Shown here piece after piece: positions 41,955 through 52,870 of a stretch of DNA of 64,000 bases. Numbering within the stretch: the stretch's first letter is position 1; every line of letters begins with the position of its first letter. Where the stretch lies: assembly GCA_017539905.1 (NCBI GenBank), contig JAFYBZ010000022.1, forward strand, positions 77,191 through 141,190. The letters are read 5' to 3'. Source of the DNA: Clostridia bacterium. GTDB taxonomy: Bacteria > Bacillota > Clostridia > TANB77 > UBA1234. The position numbers and the translations under genes are program-made. Under the pieces are notes generated by a model. The model had not been told where the DNA came from. It saw only the letters and a program-made list of their open reading frames with translations, and searched no databases.

Positions 41955-43907
41955 CATCTCTTCAAGTTCTTTGATTTTGTCACGTAGCTCGGCAGCTTCT
42001 TCGAATTCCATCTTTTGTGCGTGCGCTAGCATTTGGTCGGTTAGTTTATTAATGATGTCTTTGATATCTTCTTCTGATTTGATTTCAATCTTTTCTCCTG
42101 AGTCATCGTCTTCGTAGTAAGTAGCTTTGATATCATCAAATATGTCTTTCTTAATTGTTTGAGGTATGATGCCATGTTCTTTGTTATATGCTTCTTGGAT
42201 TTTTCTACGTCTGTTAGTTTCTTTTATTGCTTTTTCCATAGAGTCAGTTAATTCATCGGCATACATTATTACTTTTCCTTCAGAGTTACGTGCAGCACGT
42301 CCGATTGTTTGGATTAATGAACGCTCACTTCTTAAGAAACCTTCTTTATCAGCATCTAGTATTGCAACTAAAGCTACTTCTGGTAAATCTAATCCTTCTC
42401 GAAGTAGGTTAATACCAACTAAGACATCATATTTTCCTTGTCTTAATTCTTTTAATATCTTAAGTCTTTCTAGCGTGTCAACATCTGAGTGCATGTAAGT
42501 AACTTTGATAGATAATTCTTTTAAGTAAGCTGTTAAATCTTCGGCCATCTTTTTAGTTAGAGTAGTTACTAACACACGATATCCTTTTTCGACTGTTGTA
42601 TGTATTTGCTCGATTAAATCGTCAATTTGATTATCGACTGGCTTAACTTCAATCTTAGGATCAAGTAGTCCAGTAGGACGAATGATTTGCTCAACTGTAT
42701 TTGTAGAATGCTCTTTTTCGTAATCCGCAGGAGTAGCAGATACAAATACAACTTGATTTAATCTTTCTTCGAATTCCTCAAATTTCAAAGGACGATTATC
42801 ATAGGCTGATGGAAGTCTAAATCCATAATCTACCAAAGTTGTCTTACGAGCCTTATCACCATTATACATTGCTCTAACTTGAGGAACTGTAGCGTGCGAC
42901 TCATCAATCATCAACAAGAAATCTTTTGGGAAGTAATCCATTAAAGTGTATGGTGCAGAGCCAGGAGCACGACCAGAGATATGACGAGAGTAGTTTTCAA
43001 TTCCTTGGCAAAAGCCTGTTTCTTTTATCATTTCTATATCAAAATTTGTACGTTGCTCAATACGTTGAGCTTCAATTAGTTTGTTATTGTCTTGGAAGTA
43101 TTTAATTCTTTCTTCTAATTCTTCTTCGATAGTTGTAATAGCTCTTTCAAGCTTTGCCTTAGAAGTAGCATAGTGCGAATTAGGGAAGATAAGACAATGA
43201 GTACGAGCAGCAATCTTGTGACCTGTTAAAGGATCTATCTCAGTAATCTTATCTATTTCATCTCCAAAGAATTCAACTCTTAATGCAGATTCATCTGTAT
43301 TTGATGGATAGATTTCTACAGTGTCGCCTTTTGCTCTGAACTTACCACGTCTAAAGTCGATATCATTTCTTTCGTATTGTCTATCTATCAATTGACGTAG
43401 CAAAACATCTCTTTCAATTTGCATTCCAGGTCTTAAAGACAATGTCAGATTTGAATAATCATCAGGGTCGCCTAAACCATAAATGCATGAAACAGAAGCA
43501 ACTATAATTACATCTTTACGCTCAAATAAAGAAGCAGTAGCACTATGACGAAGTTTATCGATTTCTTCATTTACTGCAGAATCTTTTTCTATATAAGTAT
43601 CAGTTTGAGGCATGTATGCTTCTGGCTGATAGTAATCATAGTAAGAAACGAAGTACTCAACTGCATTCTCAGGGAAGAACTCTTTAAACTCTGAATATAG
43701 TTGTCCTGCCAAAGTCTTGTTATGAGCAAGAACAAGAGTAGGTTTATTAACTTGTTGTATTACGTTTGCCATAGTGAATGTTTTACCTGAACCTGTAACA
43801 CCAAGAAGTGTTTGAAACTTCTCGCCAAGCTTGATGCCATCTACTAATGATTTGATAGCTTCTGGCTGATCACCAGTTGGCTCGTAATTTGAGTGCAATT
43901 TAAACAT
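41946..43907 (-). CDS. uvrB: excinuclease ABC subunit B
   Basis: [31 protein letters not shown]-terminal UVR motif [17 protein letters not shown]. The final codons TGC AAC TAG are repeat-derived. Confidence 0.95.
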   Translation of the reverse strand: MFKLHSNYEPTGDQPEAIKSLVDGIKLGEKFQTLLGVTGSGKTFTMANVIQQVNKPTLVLAHNKTLAGQLYSEFKEFFPENAVEYFVSYYDYYQPEAYMPQTDTYIEKDSAVNEEIDKLRHSATASLFERKDVIIVASVSCIYGLGDPDDYSNLTLSLRPGMQIERDVLLRQLIDRQYERNDIDFRRGKFRAKGDTVEIYPSNTDESALRVEFFGDEIDKITEIDPLTGHKIAARTHCLIFPNSHYATSKAKLERAITTIEEELEERIKYFQDNNKLIEAQRIEQRTNFDIEMIKETGFCQGIENYSRHISGRAPGSAPYTLMDYFPKDFLLMIDESHATVPQVRAMYNGDKARKTTLVDYGFRLPSAYDNRPLKFEEFEERLNQVVFVSATPADYEKEHSTNTVEQIIRPTGLLDPKIEVKPVDNQIDDLIEQIHTTVEKGYRVLVTTLTKKMAEDLTAYLKELSIKVTYMHSDVDTLERLKILKELRQGKYDVLVGINLLREGLDLPEVALVAILDADKEGFLRSERSLIQTIGRAARNSEGKVIMYADELTDSMEKAIKETNRRRKIQEAYNKEHGIIPQTIKKDIFDDIKATYYEDDDSGEKIEIKSEEDIKDIINKLTDQMLAHAQKMEFEEAAELRDKIKELEEMCN

Positions 43908-44069
43908 ATATAGAGAACCGTCCTTTCCTAGGGATTGTTGAACTTCAGCTGTTTATTTTATCATAAATAGAGCTGCTTTTCAACATTTTATGTATCTACA
44001 AATAATCAAACCTACGAAAAATTTCTTCGCTAGGGAAGCGGGCTTTACATAACTTTCTTCGTAAAACCG

Positions 44070-44098
44070 TTGAAATCAAGCTATTTACAGCGTATAAT
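44070..44098 (+). promoter_or_regulatory. sigma-A promoter
   Basis: TTGAAA, 17 nt, TATAAT. Confidence 0.6.
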
Positions 44099-44173
44099 TA
44101 TAAATGTGTAAAGGAAATTGAAACTTACATATATAAAAATATTTTTACAAAAGATAAAAAGAGGTGATTTTAT

Positions 44174-45211
44174 ATGGCAATAAAATCGATTGATGATTTA
44201 AGGGAATGTTTAGAAAGCGCTTTGAATGAATGTAATCTTCAGGTTGTACGTTTATATAATGAAATGCCAAAAGCTCCACAGATGGCTGATATTGATTTAC
44301 TTAATGGTGATAAACACGAGGAGTTTTCAAAAAAGTTAGATTCGTACACAAAAGAAATGCAAAGTATTTCTGAAACGATGAAACTTCTTAGTAAAACTAT
44401 TACTTCTATTAAAGAAGCAATAACGAGACTTGATTCATTAAGAGAAACTTCTCATGGTATGGTATGTAAAGGTATAAGTCAACAAGTACTTGAAATTGAT
44501 AATTTACTGGTACTTACAAAAAGAGAAAAGAGAGTTAAAGGTAAATTGCTTACATCGTACGATTTAGCAATTGGAAATACTAAAAATGGTGATAAACCAT
44601 TATATCATCAAAAGAATATTTATATAGAAGGAAGAAAAGACTCAATATATAGAGAGGAGTCATTTGCTTCTGGAAGAATATTTGAATCTTCGAAAGTGTC
44701 TATGGCAATGAAGAAAGATGAAGAAGGAAAAGATATATTTAATCCAGATAATGATCTCGTTGTCAAAACAGAAATGAATCCGTATAATGGCTCAAAAAGA
44801 TTACAAATGAGAGCAATTATTACAAAAGAAGGAAAAAGAATCGGCGTTTATTATGAAGAGAAAAGAATAAATTCTCACAAGTTTGATGAAACAAGAAATC
44901 ATACAAGCTTTGAAGCAAGAAGAATGCATAATCATTTTGAATTATTAACCAAGATTGAAGATTTTGGTAATGGCTTTATTCATAGAAAAGACTTGGTAAA
45001 TGATAAAGAGATTCCTGAAGATGATCCATTTGTAAAATCAGGAGATATAAGTTCTTCGGAAAATATTCCTGAAGAATTAAAAGAACTTGTACTAGAAGAT
45101 AGCCTGGCTAATACTGGTAGAGAAAATGTAGATTTTGATCCTGTAGAAGAACTAAGCGATGAGACAATAATCGCTATTCAAAAGGAAAGTAAGGATAAAG
45201 ACGAAAGATAA
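44174..45211 (+). CDS. hypothetical protein (345 aa)
   Basis: GAGGTG RBS and long ORF. No motif recognised. Confidence 0.6.
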   Translation: MAIKSIDDLRECLESALNECNLQVVRLYNEMPKAPQMADIDLLNGDKHEEFSKKLDSYTKEMQSISETMKLLSKTITSIKEAITRLDSLRETSHGMVCKGISQQVLEIDNLLVLTKREKRVKGKLLTSYDLAIGNTKNGDKPLYHQKNIYIEGRKDSIYREESFASGRIFESSKVSMAMKKDEEGKDIFNPDNDLVVKTEMNPYNGSKRLQMRAIITKEGKRIGVYYEEKRINSHKFDETRNHTSFEARRMHNHFELLTKIEDFGNGFIHRKDLVNDKEIPEDDPFVKSGDISSSENIPEELKELVLEDSLANTGRENVDFDPVEELSDETIIAIQKESKDKDER

Positions 45212-45253
45212 TATTTTAAAATAAAAAACAAAAGAAAAAAGGAGGAATTGCTT

Positions 45254-47188
45254 ATGAAAAAAGCAAGTAATCATGTAGTTTTAAGTAGTTTATTTAAAGC
45301 AGTTGTTTTAACTTTAATAATTGCCATGTTAGGAACTGGAGTTATTTATGCAGGAAACAATAGCATTACATCAAAAGCATTATTCACAAAAGTATTAAAA
45401 GATTTGTCTGTTAGAGCAAGACAATATGCTGAAATGATGCCAGATTCAGAATTTAAGTCAGGTACTTTTAGTTATGAATCTAAAACAAAGTATTCAGATG
45501 AGTCTTACGTAAAAACTTATGGTGTTAGTAACTCAGATGAAAAATACGAAGTTTCATTTAAAGATGGAAAGTATTTAATCAAGACATCTAAATTCAAAGC
45601 TCTATATGATAAAGTAGATGGAAGAATTTATGCAAGAAGAATAGAAAACAATAAGGAAATTGGTGATACATTCTATTTAGATGACTTCAGTAGCTATGAT
45701 ATGGCTCCTTATGAATTAGAAGAGTATCTAGATAAACTAGATGTTGATGTTGGAGATTCTTCAAGTATCTCTCAAAAAGCATATTATGAAATGTTTGCAA
45801 TGGCAATTGACTATGCAACTTATAATTTAAAAGATTCTTATTTTAAAGATTCTGAAGAAAACGGTATTCATATCTATACTTTAGAAATGAATAAAGATGA
45901 TATTAGCGAGTTACTTATTAGTGTTGTAAGAAATCTTGTTAATGACAAGAAGTTCTGTGAGTTAGCAAAAAAACCTGATACATATACTAATGAGGATCTT
46001 GAAGCTGATATTAAAGATCTAAAAGAAAGCCTAGATCAATTAGATGATCTTAAACTTGTAATTTCAATCTATACTAAATCTCTAACTATGGAAGTAGCTG
46101 GAGGTAGAATAGAATTCTGTGATGGTAAAGAAAATGGCATTGAAGCCGAATTAAGATTTGAAAAGAATAGAATAAATATTGATTTTGATAGAATGTCTTA
46201 TGATCATATATTAAATGAAAGTACATTTGACTATGACAAACAATTAACACATTCTAAAGTTAGTCTACTAATTACTACTGAAGATGACAAACCATTTGAT
46301 CAAACTTCTAAGATTATCGCTTCATATAAATCTGAGGATTCAGAGATTATAGTAATCTTAGCTGGTGATAGCGGTAAATCATTACTTGAATCTAGTAAAG
46401 TATCTTTAAGTTTGAAGGCTGGAAATCATGATTTAAGTGATATTTTAGTTGTTTCATCTGAAGATGGTAAAGGTTTAGATAAATCTTCTAAGATTAATGT
46501 TGAAATCTACTATGGTGGAGCTTCTTATTCAGGAACAATTAGTTCTAATGATAAGAAATCTATAATGGATTCTAATGATATTAAATTAGAAGTATCTGAT
46601 TCAGTTGAAATTAGAATTAGAATTTTGGACAAGAAATCATTTAAGAATATAATGAAATCAACTAATTTGAGCATTAATGCTAGATTTGGTGATTATAAAT
46701 TATATTTAACATATAAAGGCGATTCTGAATTTAAGAAAGCTAAGAGGATGAACTTAGATGCTACATTAGAAATGGGTGAAGAAAAGATAGTTGCCAAACT
46801 AAATGTTGAAAGTAAAGATGGTAAATCTATTTTTGAAAGCGCTCGCTTAAAAGGAACTGCTTCTTTAGTAGAAGGCAAGAATAAGTTCGAAGCTAAGTTT
46901 GATAGTAAAGAAGGATATACATTAACTACTCATACTGAATCTAACTGGTTTGTAGATTATGTATCTGATGTTAAACAATCAATGAAGTATAATGATAAAC
47001 TTAATATTGATAAATTAATGAATACAAAGAAAGCATTAAAGACAGATGATGTTGGTATGATGAAAGTCCTTGATCCTGACTATGTTCCAATAGATTATAG
47101 TACTTGGCTATTAGATGATGACTGGAGTTCATCATATGATGATTATGATGATATCGGTTGGGGAGAAATAACTGAACCTTTGTATTAA
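45254..47188 (+). CDS. hypothetical secreted or anchored protein with degenerate internal repeats
   Basis: ATG 45254 after GGAGG. N-terminal hydrophobic anchor. Recurrent D(K/G)KS(I/L)x(D/E)S(S/N)x(I/V) motif. Paralog of 54531..56336. Confidence 0.65.
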   Translation: MKKASNHVVLSSLFKAVVLTLIIAMLGTGVIYAGNNSITSKALFTKVLKDLSVRARQYAEMMPDSEFKSGTFSYESKTKYSDESYVKTYGVSNSDEKYEVSFKDGKYLIKTSKFKALYDKVDGRIYARRIENNKEIGDTFYLDDFSSYDMAPYELEEYLDKLDVDVGDSSSISQKAYYEMFAMAIDYATYNLKDSYFKDSEENGIHIYTLEMNKDDISELLISVVRNLVNDKKFCELAKKPDTYTNEDLEADIKDLKESLDQLDDLKLVISIYTKSLTMEVAGGRIEFCDGKENGIEAELRFEKNRINIDFDRMSYDHILNESTFDYDKQLTHSKVSLLITTEDDKPFDQTSKIIASYKSEDSEIIVILAGDSGKSLLESSKVSLSLKAGNHDLSDILVVSSEDGKGLDKSSKINVEIYYGGASYSGTISSNDKKSIMDSNDIKLEVSDSVEIRIRILDKKSFKNIMKSTNLSINARFGDYKLYLTYKGDSEFKKAKRMNLDATLEMGEEKIVAKLNVESKDGKSIFESARLKGTASLVEGKNKFEAKFDSKEGYTLTTHTESNWFVDYVSDVKQSMKYNDKLNIDKLMNTKKALKTDDVGMMKVLDPDYVPIDYSTWLLDDDWSSSYDDYDDIGWGEITEPLY

Positions 47189-47197
47189 TAGTAAATT

Positions 47198-47225
47198 AGA
47201 GCCCTAAAAAGGGCTCTTTTTTTGT
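47198..47225 (+). terminator. rho-independent terminator
   Basis: agagccc taaaaa gggctct plus T7. Confidence 0.85.
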
Positions 47226-47296
47226 GTTTTTTTGTTGTAATTTGGGCAATTTAAAGGTATAATAAAGCATAATTTATGTACAAAGGAGAGAGTTTA

Positions 47297-47779
47297 ATGT
47301 TAAGTATTATAGTTACAAAAGCTAAAAATAATATTATAGGTAAGGATAATCGAAAACCTTGGAAACTTGAGGGTGATGATAAACACTTTGATGAGCTTAC
47401 TAAAGGTAAAGTAATTATTCTTGGTAGAAAAGCTTTTGAAGCATTAGACGAAGTATTACCTGATAGAACTTATGTTGTAATGACAGAAAATAGAGAATTG
47501 AGATTTCCTCAAGACAATGTACAAATCGTACATAGTATGCTTGAGCTTCAAGGATATATAGAAGATGCTAATGAGAATTTCGTTGCAGGTGGAGCAATGA
47601 TTTATAACTTGTTTATGAGACATGTTAATAAGTTATATGTTACTGAGCTTGATAAAGATTTCTCTGGTGACAGTTTGTTCCCAAGAGTAAATGAAGAAGT
47701 TTGGAATGAAGTTTCTCGTAGCGAAGAAATGGAAGAAGCAGGAATCAAATATCAATTTGTAGAATATGATAGAAAATAA
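47297..47779 (+). CDS. folA: dihydrofolate reductase
   Basis: MLSIIVTKAKNNIIGKDNRKPW...ILGRKAFEAL...FVAGGAMIYN. Confidence 0.85.
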   Translation: MLSIIVTKAKNNIIGKDNRKPWKLEGDDKHFDELTKGKVIILGRKAFEALDEVLPDRTYVVMTENRELRFPQDNVQIVHSMLELQGYIEDANENFVAGGAMIYNLFMRHVNKLYVTELDKDFSGDSLFPRVNEEVWNEVSRSEEMEEAGIKYQFVEYDRK

Positions 47780-47803
47780 TCTTTATATTCCGGAGGAATT
47801 TAT

Positions 47804-48151
47804 ATGTCATATCTAAGTGCAAACATAATTATATTATTATGCCCTATTATTATTGTTTTTGTGATAATTTATGTTTTAAAGGATGTAAGGCATTTTCGAG
47901 AAATTGTTGAAAGTGGTTTCGAAGTTGAAGCCGAAGTTACTAGAGTTGAAATAAAGCCTCATGAAAGAAGATGGGGTACTTATTATAATTATGTTACATA
48001 TATGGGAGACGATGGTTATCAGCATGAGTCAATAACTGATGTTGATACTAAATTGAAATTAAATAGTAAAGTCAAGATTAAATATTTGCCAGGTGATTAT
48101 AAATCTGTAGTAATTACATCACTTGGCGAGAATGATAGAAAAAGAGATTAA
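47804..48151 (+). CDS. small membrane-anchored protein (115 aa)
   Basis: GGAGG RBS. One N-terminal TM segment followed by a soluble domain. Confidence 0.6.
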   Translation: MSYLSANIIILLCPIIIVFVIIYVLKDVRHFREIVESGFEVEAEVTRVEIKPHERRWGTYYNYVTYMGDDGYQHESITDVDTKLKLNSKVKIKYLPGDYKSVVITSLGENDRKRD

Positions 48152-48179
48152 AAGAATTATAAAAAGGAAGTGTAATTAT

Positions 48180-50219
48180 ATGTTTTGGGCAGAAAAAATA
48201 GCCGACCAAATTATAGCTAGAAGACCAGACAAGGAAGAATACGTTTGTGCAGCAGGTATATCTCCATCTGGTAGCATTCATATAGGAAATTTTAGAGATA
48301 TAGCTACATCTTTAATGGTAGTTAAAGCTCTTCGTAAAAAAGGCAAGAAAGCAAAATTATTATTCTCATGGGATGAATATGACAGAATGCGTAAAGTTCC
48401 TGTTAATGTTCAAGCAGTTGATCCTGATGGAGAATACGAAAAATATATTGGAGCTCCATATGTTGATGTACCAAACCCATTTGGTGGAGAATGCAAAACT
48501 TACGCTGAGTATTTCGAGAAGGAATTTGAAGAAGCAGTTGAGCCATTTAAATTAAATATGGATTATAGACATCAAGCTGAGATGTATAGAAGCGGAAAGT
48601 ATACTGACTATATTATTCAAGCGCTTCAAAAGAGAGAGCAAATTTTTGATATCTTAGCTGGTTTTAAGACTCAAGAAGTTACTGAGGAAGATAAAGAAAA
48701 TTATTATCCTGTTAGTATTTATTGCCCAAAGTGTCATAGAGATACTACTAAGATTACTTTCTTAAGCAAAGATTGCCTACATGCAGAATATGAATGTAAG
48801 TGCGGACATAAAGGTGAATTCAATTTCGAAGAAGATCATGATTGCAAGCTTGCTTGGAAGATTGACTGGCCAATGAGATGGCTTTATGAAGGCGTTGATT
48901 TCGAGCCAGGTGGAAAAGATCACGCAGCTCCAGGTGGAAGCTATGATACTTCTAGAATCATTTCTAAAGAGATTTTTGGATATGATGCACCATTCTTCCA
49001 AGGTTATGAATTCATTGGTATTAAAGGATTAACTGGCAAGATGTCTGGTTCATCAGGATTAAACTTAACTCCAGGTGCGATTCTTAAGTTGTATGAGCCT
49101 GATGTTGTACTATGGTTGTATTCAAAAGTTGAGCCAACTCGAACATTTGATTTTTGCTTTGATGAAGTTATCTTAAGACAATACTTTGAATTTGATAAAG
49201 GCTATAATGATTGGCTTGAAGGAAAACTAGATGAGCATAATAGCGAGATTTATGAGTATGCTATTATTGAACCTGATAAGAAATTGAGTACAGTTTCAAT
49301 GTCTTTATTAGTTCAATTGGGTTCAATCGTTAACTTCAATGTGCCAATGCTTGAAACAATGTTTGAGAAGATTGGTCTTAACTATAAGTATGAAGATTTC
49401 AAATCTAGATTAGATAGAGCAAAATTCTGGCTTGAGAACTGTGCTCCAGAGCAAGTTAACAAGTTAAGAGACACACGTAACTTCGAAGTTTATAATGCAA
49501 TGACTGATGAAGAAAAAGAACAAATCAAGATGCTTCATGAGTTTATTTCAAAGGGCGGCTACTCAATGGATGACTTAAACACTGAGCTTTATGACATTCC
49601 AAAGAGAAGCTTGACTCACGAAGTTACAGATAAAGAATTAAAGACAATTCAAGGTGCTTTCTTTAAAAATGTTTATAAGCTAATCATGGATAAAGACAAG
49701 GGTCCAAGATTGTATTTGTTCTTGAGTGCTGTTGATACTGAGTCTTATGTTGGACTTTTAGATTTTAGTTATCCACAAACGGAAGAAGAAATCGAAATCG
49801 AAAAGAAAAAGGCTGAAGAAGCTGAGAAAGCTTTACATGCTGATGATTTAGTAATTGAGTATGGTGATCCTGATCCAGTAGAAGAAGTTTTACCACAGAT
49901 TACTAAAGAGACATTTGATTTGATGGATCTTCGTGTATGCAAGATTTTAAAATGCACTGAGATTAGAAAATCTCATAGTTGCTATAAACTAACATTATTT
50001 GATGGCTTAAAAGAAAGAGTAATTGTTTCATCAATTAAAGCTTACTATAAGCCAGAAGATTTAATCGGAAAGAAGATAATCGTTGTAGCTAACTTAGAGC
50101 CTACAAGAATTACAGGCGTAAATTCAGAAGGAATGCTACTTGCTGCAACTAACACAGCTTGTGCTTGCAAAGTAATCTTCGTAGACGACATGGTTCCAGA
50201 AGGAACAAGAATTTGTTAA
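48180..50219 (+). CDS. lysK: class I lysine--tRNA ligase fused to a C-terminal Trbp111/CsaA-like tRNA-binding OB domain
   Basis: ATG 48180. GISPSGSIHIGNFRD (HIGH-type) and GKMSGSSG (KMSKS-type). C-terminal LRVCKILKCTEI...IVVANLEPTRITGVNSEGMLLAA. Confidence 0.85.
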   Translation: MFWAEKIADQIIARRPDKEEYVCAAGISPSGSIHIGNFRDIATSLMVVKALRKKGKKAKLLFSWDEYDRMRKVPVNVQAVDPDGEYEKYIGAPYVDVPNPFGGECKTYAEYFEKEFEEAVEPFKLNMDYRHQAEMYRSGKYTDYIIQALQKREQIFDILAGFKTQEVTEEDKENYYPVSIYCPKCHRDTTKITFLSKDCLHAEYECKCGHKGEFNFEEDHDCKLAWKIDWPMRWLYEGVDFEPGGKDHAAPGGSYDTSRIISKEIFGYDAPFFQGYEFIGIKGLTGKMSGSSGLNLTPGAILKLYEPDVVLWLYSKVEPTRTFDFCFDEVILRQYFEFDKGYNDWLEGKLDEHNSEIYEYAIIEPDKKLSTVSMSLLVQLGSIVNFNVPMLETMFEKIGLNYKYEDFKSRLDRAKFWLENCAPEQVNKLRDTRNFEVYNAMTDEEKEQIKMLHEFISKGGYSMDDLNTELYDIPKRSLTHEVTDKELKTIQGAFFKNVYKLIMDKDKGPRLYLFLSAVDTESYVGLLDFSYPQTEEEIEIEKKKAEEAEKALHADDLVIEYGDPDPVEEVLPQITKETFDLMDLRVCKILKCTEIRKSHSCYKLTLFDGLKERVIVSSIKAYYKPEDLIGKKIIVVANLEPTRITGVNSEGMLLAATNTACACKVIFVDDMVPEGTRIC

Positions 50220-50243
50220 TATATTTAGACTTGGGGACGATCC

Positions 50244-50389
50244 TGCAACTAGGGGACGGTTCTCAAGTTGCACGGCGCAACAGGGGGACGGTTCTCAAGT
50301 TGCATCGTGCAACTTGAGAACCGTCCCCTAGTTGCGTAGACCTGTCCCTTGGTTGCGTCGTGCAACTTGAGAACCGTCCCCCAGTTGCA
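50244..50389. repeat. REP-like composite array, 5 units (A A | A' B' A'), plus a partial unit at 50226-50243
   Basis: Near-identical copy of 41809..41954. Confidence 0.92.
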
Positions 50390-50435
50390 TAAAAGCAATA
50401 AGTAGTATACTATTAATGTAGATGGGAGGATTTGT

Positions 50436-52862
50436 ATGGGTAAAAAATTTCTGCTATTTAATGTTTTATTTGTTATGACTATTTTGATTGTAGGTTCTTT
50501 TGCATTTGCTAGAAGTGAATCTAGGATTACTGATGCGTATGTTGTGAGAGAACCTTTTTATGCGCAAGATTATTATTTGAAAGATGATTTGAATCTTAGA
50601 GGATTCCAAATAAAAGCTTGGCATGAGAATAATACTATTGAAACAATTGACTGGGATGATGAGAGATTATCATACAAAGGTTATGATATGTCAAAACCAG
50701 GTGAGCAATTTGTTTTTGTTTATTTTAACGATTATGGTATCAATCAAATGATATATACTTTATTGATTGAAGTTAAAAATGAAAAACGACCAATCGTTTT
50801 AAAAAGTCCTCGTTTACCTGATCAAAATGTTACTGATATTTATTTAAAAAAAGCTCCTAATAAGACTTCATATTTATTGGAAGAAGATCTTGAATTAGAA
50901 GGTATGGAATTAATTGTTGTCTATGAAGATGGTACAAAAGAAATCTTAAATATTCATGATGAAGGACTTGGAAAAGAGATTAATGATTTTAATAATACGA
51001 CAAGAGGATATAAATCTATAAAAGTAGATATAACTTATAAAGACTTTCAAAATACTATTAAATTCAATGTAGTATACAAAGAAAATATTGATGATAGAGT
51101 TCCTGTTAAGGTAATGTTTCTTAATTATCCTGTTAAGTGGGAAAAAAATGCAACAAAAGATGAAATTGATATGACCGGGTCAACTTTTCAAGTTGAATTT
51201 GATGATGGTGGTTCAGAAGTACTTGATTATAATGATGTGTTTTTTAGTAAAAGAGTTCAAAACATAGATGGTGATTCTACATTAGTTGTAACTTGTAGAA
51301 ATAATATTAGTGTTATGTGTGCTCTTTCAAGGCGTAATGTTTTTGATGAAAGAGACACTTTAAATAAGAATTATAATATGTCTGAAAGACTGATGAAAAT
51401 CAATCCTGTTTATCAAATTAAAGATAATTTAAGGGATGGATACAGTTTATATAATTATGTATATTTTTTAACAGAAGATCAAGGACCTGAAGGATTATGT
51501 TGGGATTTTGCTGCTACTAAATCTCTTGAAACAAATTATAATTATAAAAATGACTCTTTATTTACACTATCAGAAAAATTTGCTGATTATATGACTTCAA
51601 AAGATTTTTATGGTTCTAGAAATTTAAGTGAAGGCGGTAATTTTTATACTTATTCTAATATAGCTGAAAAGAAAGGTGTCCCACTAGACGCTAATGTTGA
51701 AGATATTTGTTCAGGTGAGGAAGATTATAAAAACATTGTTGAAACAGCTGAAAGAGCTGTTAGTTTAAATAGTGTAATTAGATTTCCATCTGATATAAAA
51801 ATCAATGATAATAAAGAAATACTAAATGAAATGATTAAAACACACATAATGAATTATGGCTCTGTTTATGTAGACATTGTTAATGGGGAAGAATTATTTC
51901 AGGATTTTTATAATGAAGAAGATGAACATTACGATTGCTGTACTTACTATTACACTGATGGTTTAAAGAACTCTGGAACTGGTCATGCAGTTAGTATTAT
52001 CGGATGGTATGACGATTTTGATAAAGAATATTTTAAGCGTACAGATGAGTATGGTAATGAAGTATGCCCGGATAATAATGGCGCATGGTATTGTCTTAAT
52101 TCGTGGGGAAATGACTGGGGAGATTACGGAACATTTTGGATTTCATACGAATCCGAAGAACTAAAGTATTACGGAGTAATAGACAGCGAGGCATATACCC
52201 CAAAATTAGAATATTCATATACAGAAGTGAAACCATATGTACAACCATATTGTCAAGATGTTGATACAAATAGATATTTCTACGTGGAATTTGATAAAAC
52301 AGAGCAAGAGCAATTATTATCAAATATTATTGTAGATTTAGATGGAAACTGCAATTTATATTTTTTAGATGATTATGATGACGAAATTGATTTTAGTAAA
52401 AAGCAGTTTTTGAGTTTTTATCATGATTATTCAAATGTTGTAGGAAATATTGTGCTAGATGAGCCGGTATCATTAAGTGGTGATAAGTTCATGATTATAG
52501 TAGAAATGCTTGAATGTGAGGATTATCCAGCTTCGATTGACTTTATAATTCCAGAAAGTGGAGACATTCATACATATTATACTGATGGAAGTTTGTCATC
52601 TGAAATGACTAAATATGAGGGAAATATATTTGTTAATGCATATACAAAATTGACTCCTGAAGAAATTGAAATTCTAAATGCAACGCCAGGTGATGTAAAT
52701 GATGATGGCGTGATTACAGTATTAGATATAAGATTAATGATTCAAGCTTACACAAGTTCTGTACCAAAAACTCGATTAGAACTGGCAAGAATGGATATGA
52801 ATAATGATGGAATTATAACAGTTGCTGATATAAGACTTTTAATTCAAAAGTATGTTGCGTAA
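50436..52862 (+). CDS. secreted papain-family (C1) cysteine peptidase with N-terminal Ig-like repeats and a C-terminal dockerin
   Basis: Signal peptide. Catalytic-type motifs GLCWDFAATKS, GHAVSIIGWYDD, NSWGNDWGDYGTFWISY. Dockerin duplicate GDVNDDGVITVLDIRLMIQ / MDMNNDGIITVADIRLLIQ. Confidence 0.8.
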   Translation: MGKKFLLFNVLFVMTILIVGSFAFARSESRITDAYVVREPFYAQDYYLKDDLNLRGFQIKAWHENNTIETIDWDDERLSYKGYDMSKPGEQFVFVYFNDYGINQMIYTLLIEVKNEKRPIVLKSPRLPDQNVTDIYLKKAPNKTSYLLEEDLELEGMELIVVYEDGTKEILNIHDEGLGKEINDFNNTTRGYKSIKVDITYKDFQNTIKFNVVYKENIDDRVPVKVMFLNYPVKWEKNATKDEIDMTGSTFQVEFDDGGSEVLDYNDVFFSKRVQNIDGDSTLVVTCRNNISVMCALSRRNVFDERDTLNKNYNMSERLMKINPVYQIKDNLRDGYSLYNYVYFLTEDQGPEGLCWDFAATKSLETNYNYKNDSLFTLSEKFADYMTSKDFYGSRNLSEGGNFYTYSNIAEKKGVPLDANVEDICSGEEDYKNIVETAERAVSLNSVIRFPSDIKINDNKEILNEMIKTHIMNYGSVYVDIVNGEELFQDFYNEEDEHYDCCTYYYTDGLKNSGTGHAVSIIGWYDDFDKEYFKRTDEYGNEVCPDNNGAWYCLNSWGNDWGDYGTFWISYESEELKYYGVIDSEAYTPKLEYSYTEVKPYVQPYCQDVDTNRYFYVEFDKTEQEQLLSNIIVDLDGNCNLYFLDDYDDEIDFSKKQFLSFYHDYSNVVGNIVLDEPVSLSGDKFMIIVEMLECEDYPASIDFIIPESGDIHTYYTDGSLSSEMTKYEGNIFVNAYTKLTPEEIEILNATPGDVNDDGVITVLDIRLMIQAYTSSVPKTRLELARMDMNNDGIITVADIRLLIQKYVA

Positions 52863-52870
52863 AAATTAGA

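Noticed and set aside
41946-43907. uvrB lacks an adjacent uvrA, unlike the common Firmicute uvrBA operon.
   Set aside because: This is a gene-order observation only. uvrA may be elsewhere in the genome, and that cannot be evaluated from this window.
43908-44069. SOS (Cheo/LexA) box upstream of uvrB, and a repeat-core fragment gagaaccgtcc at 43912-43930.
   Set aside because: I found no GAAC-N4-GTTC-type palindrome. The 11-nt core match is too short to call a repeat relic with confidence.
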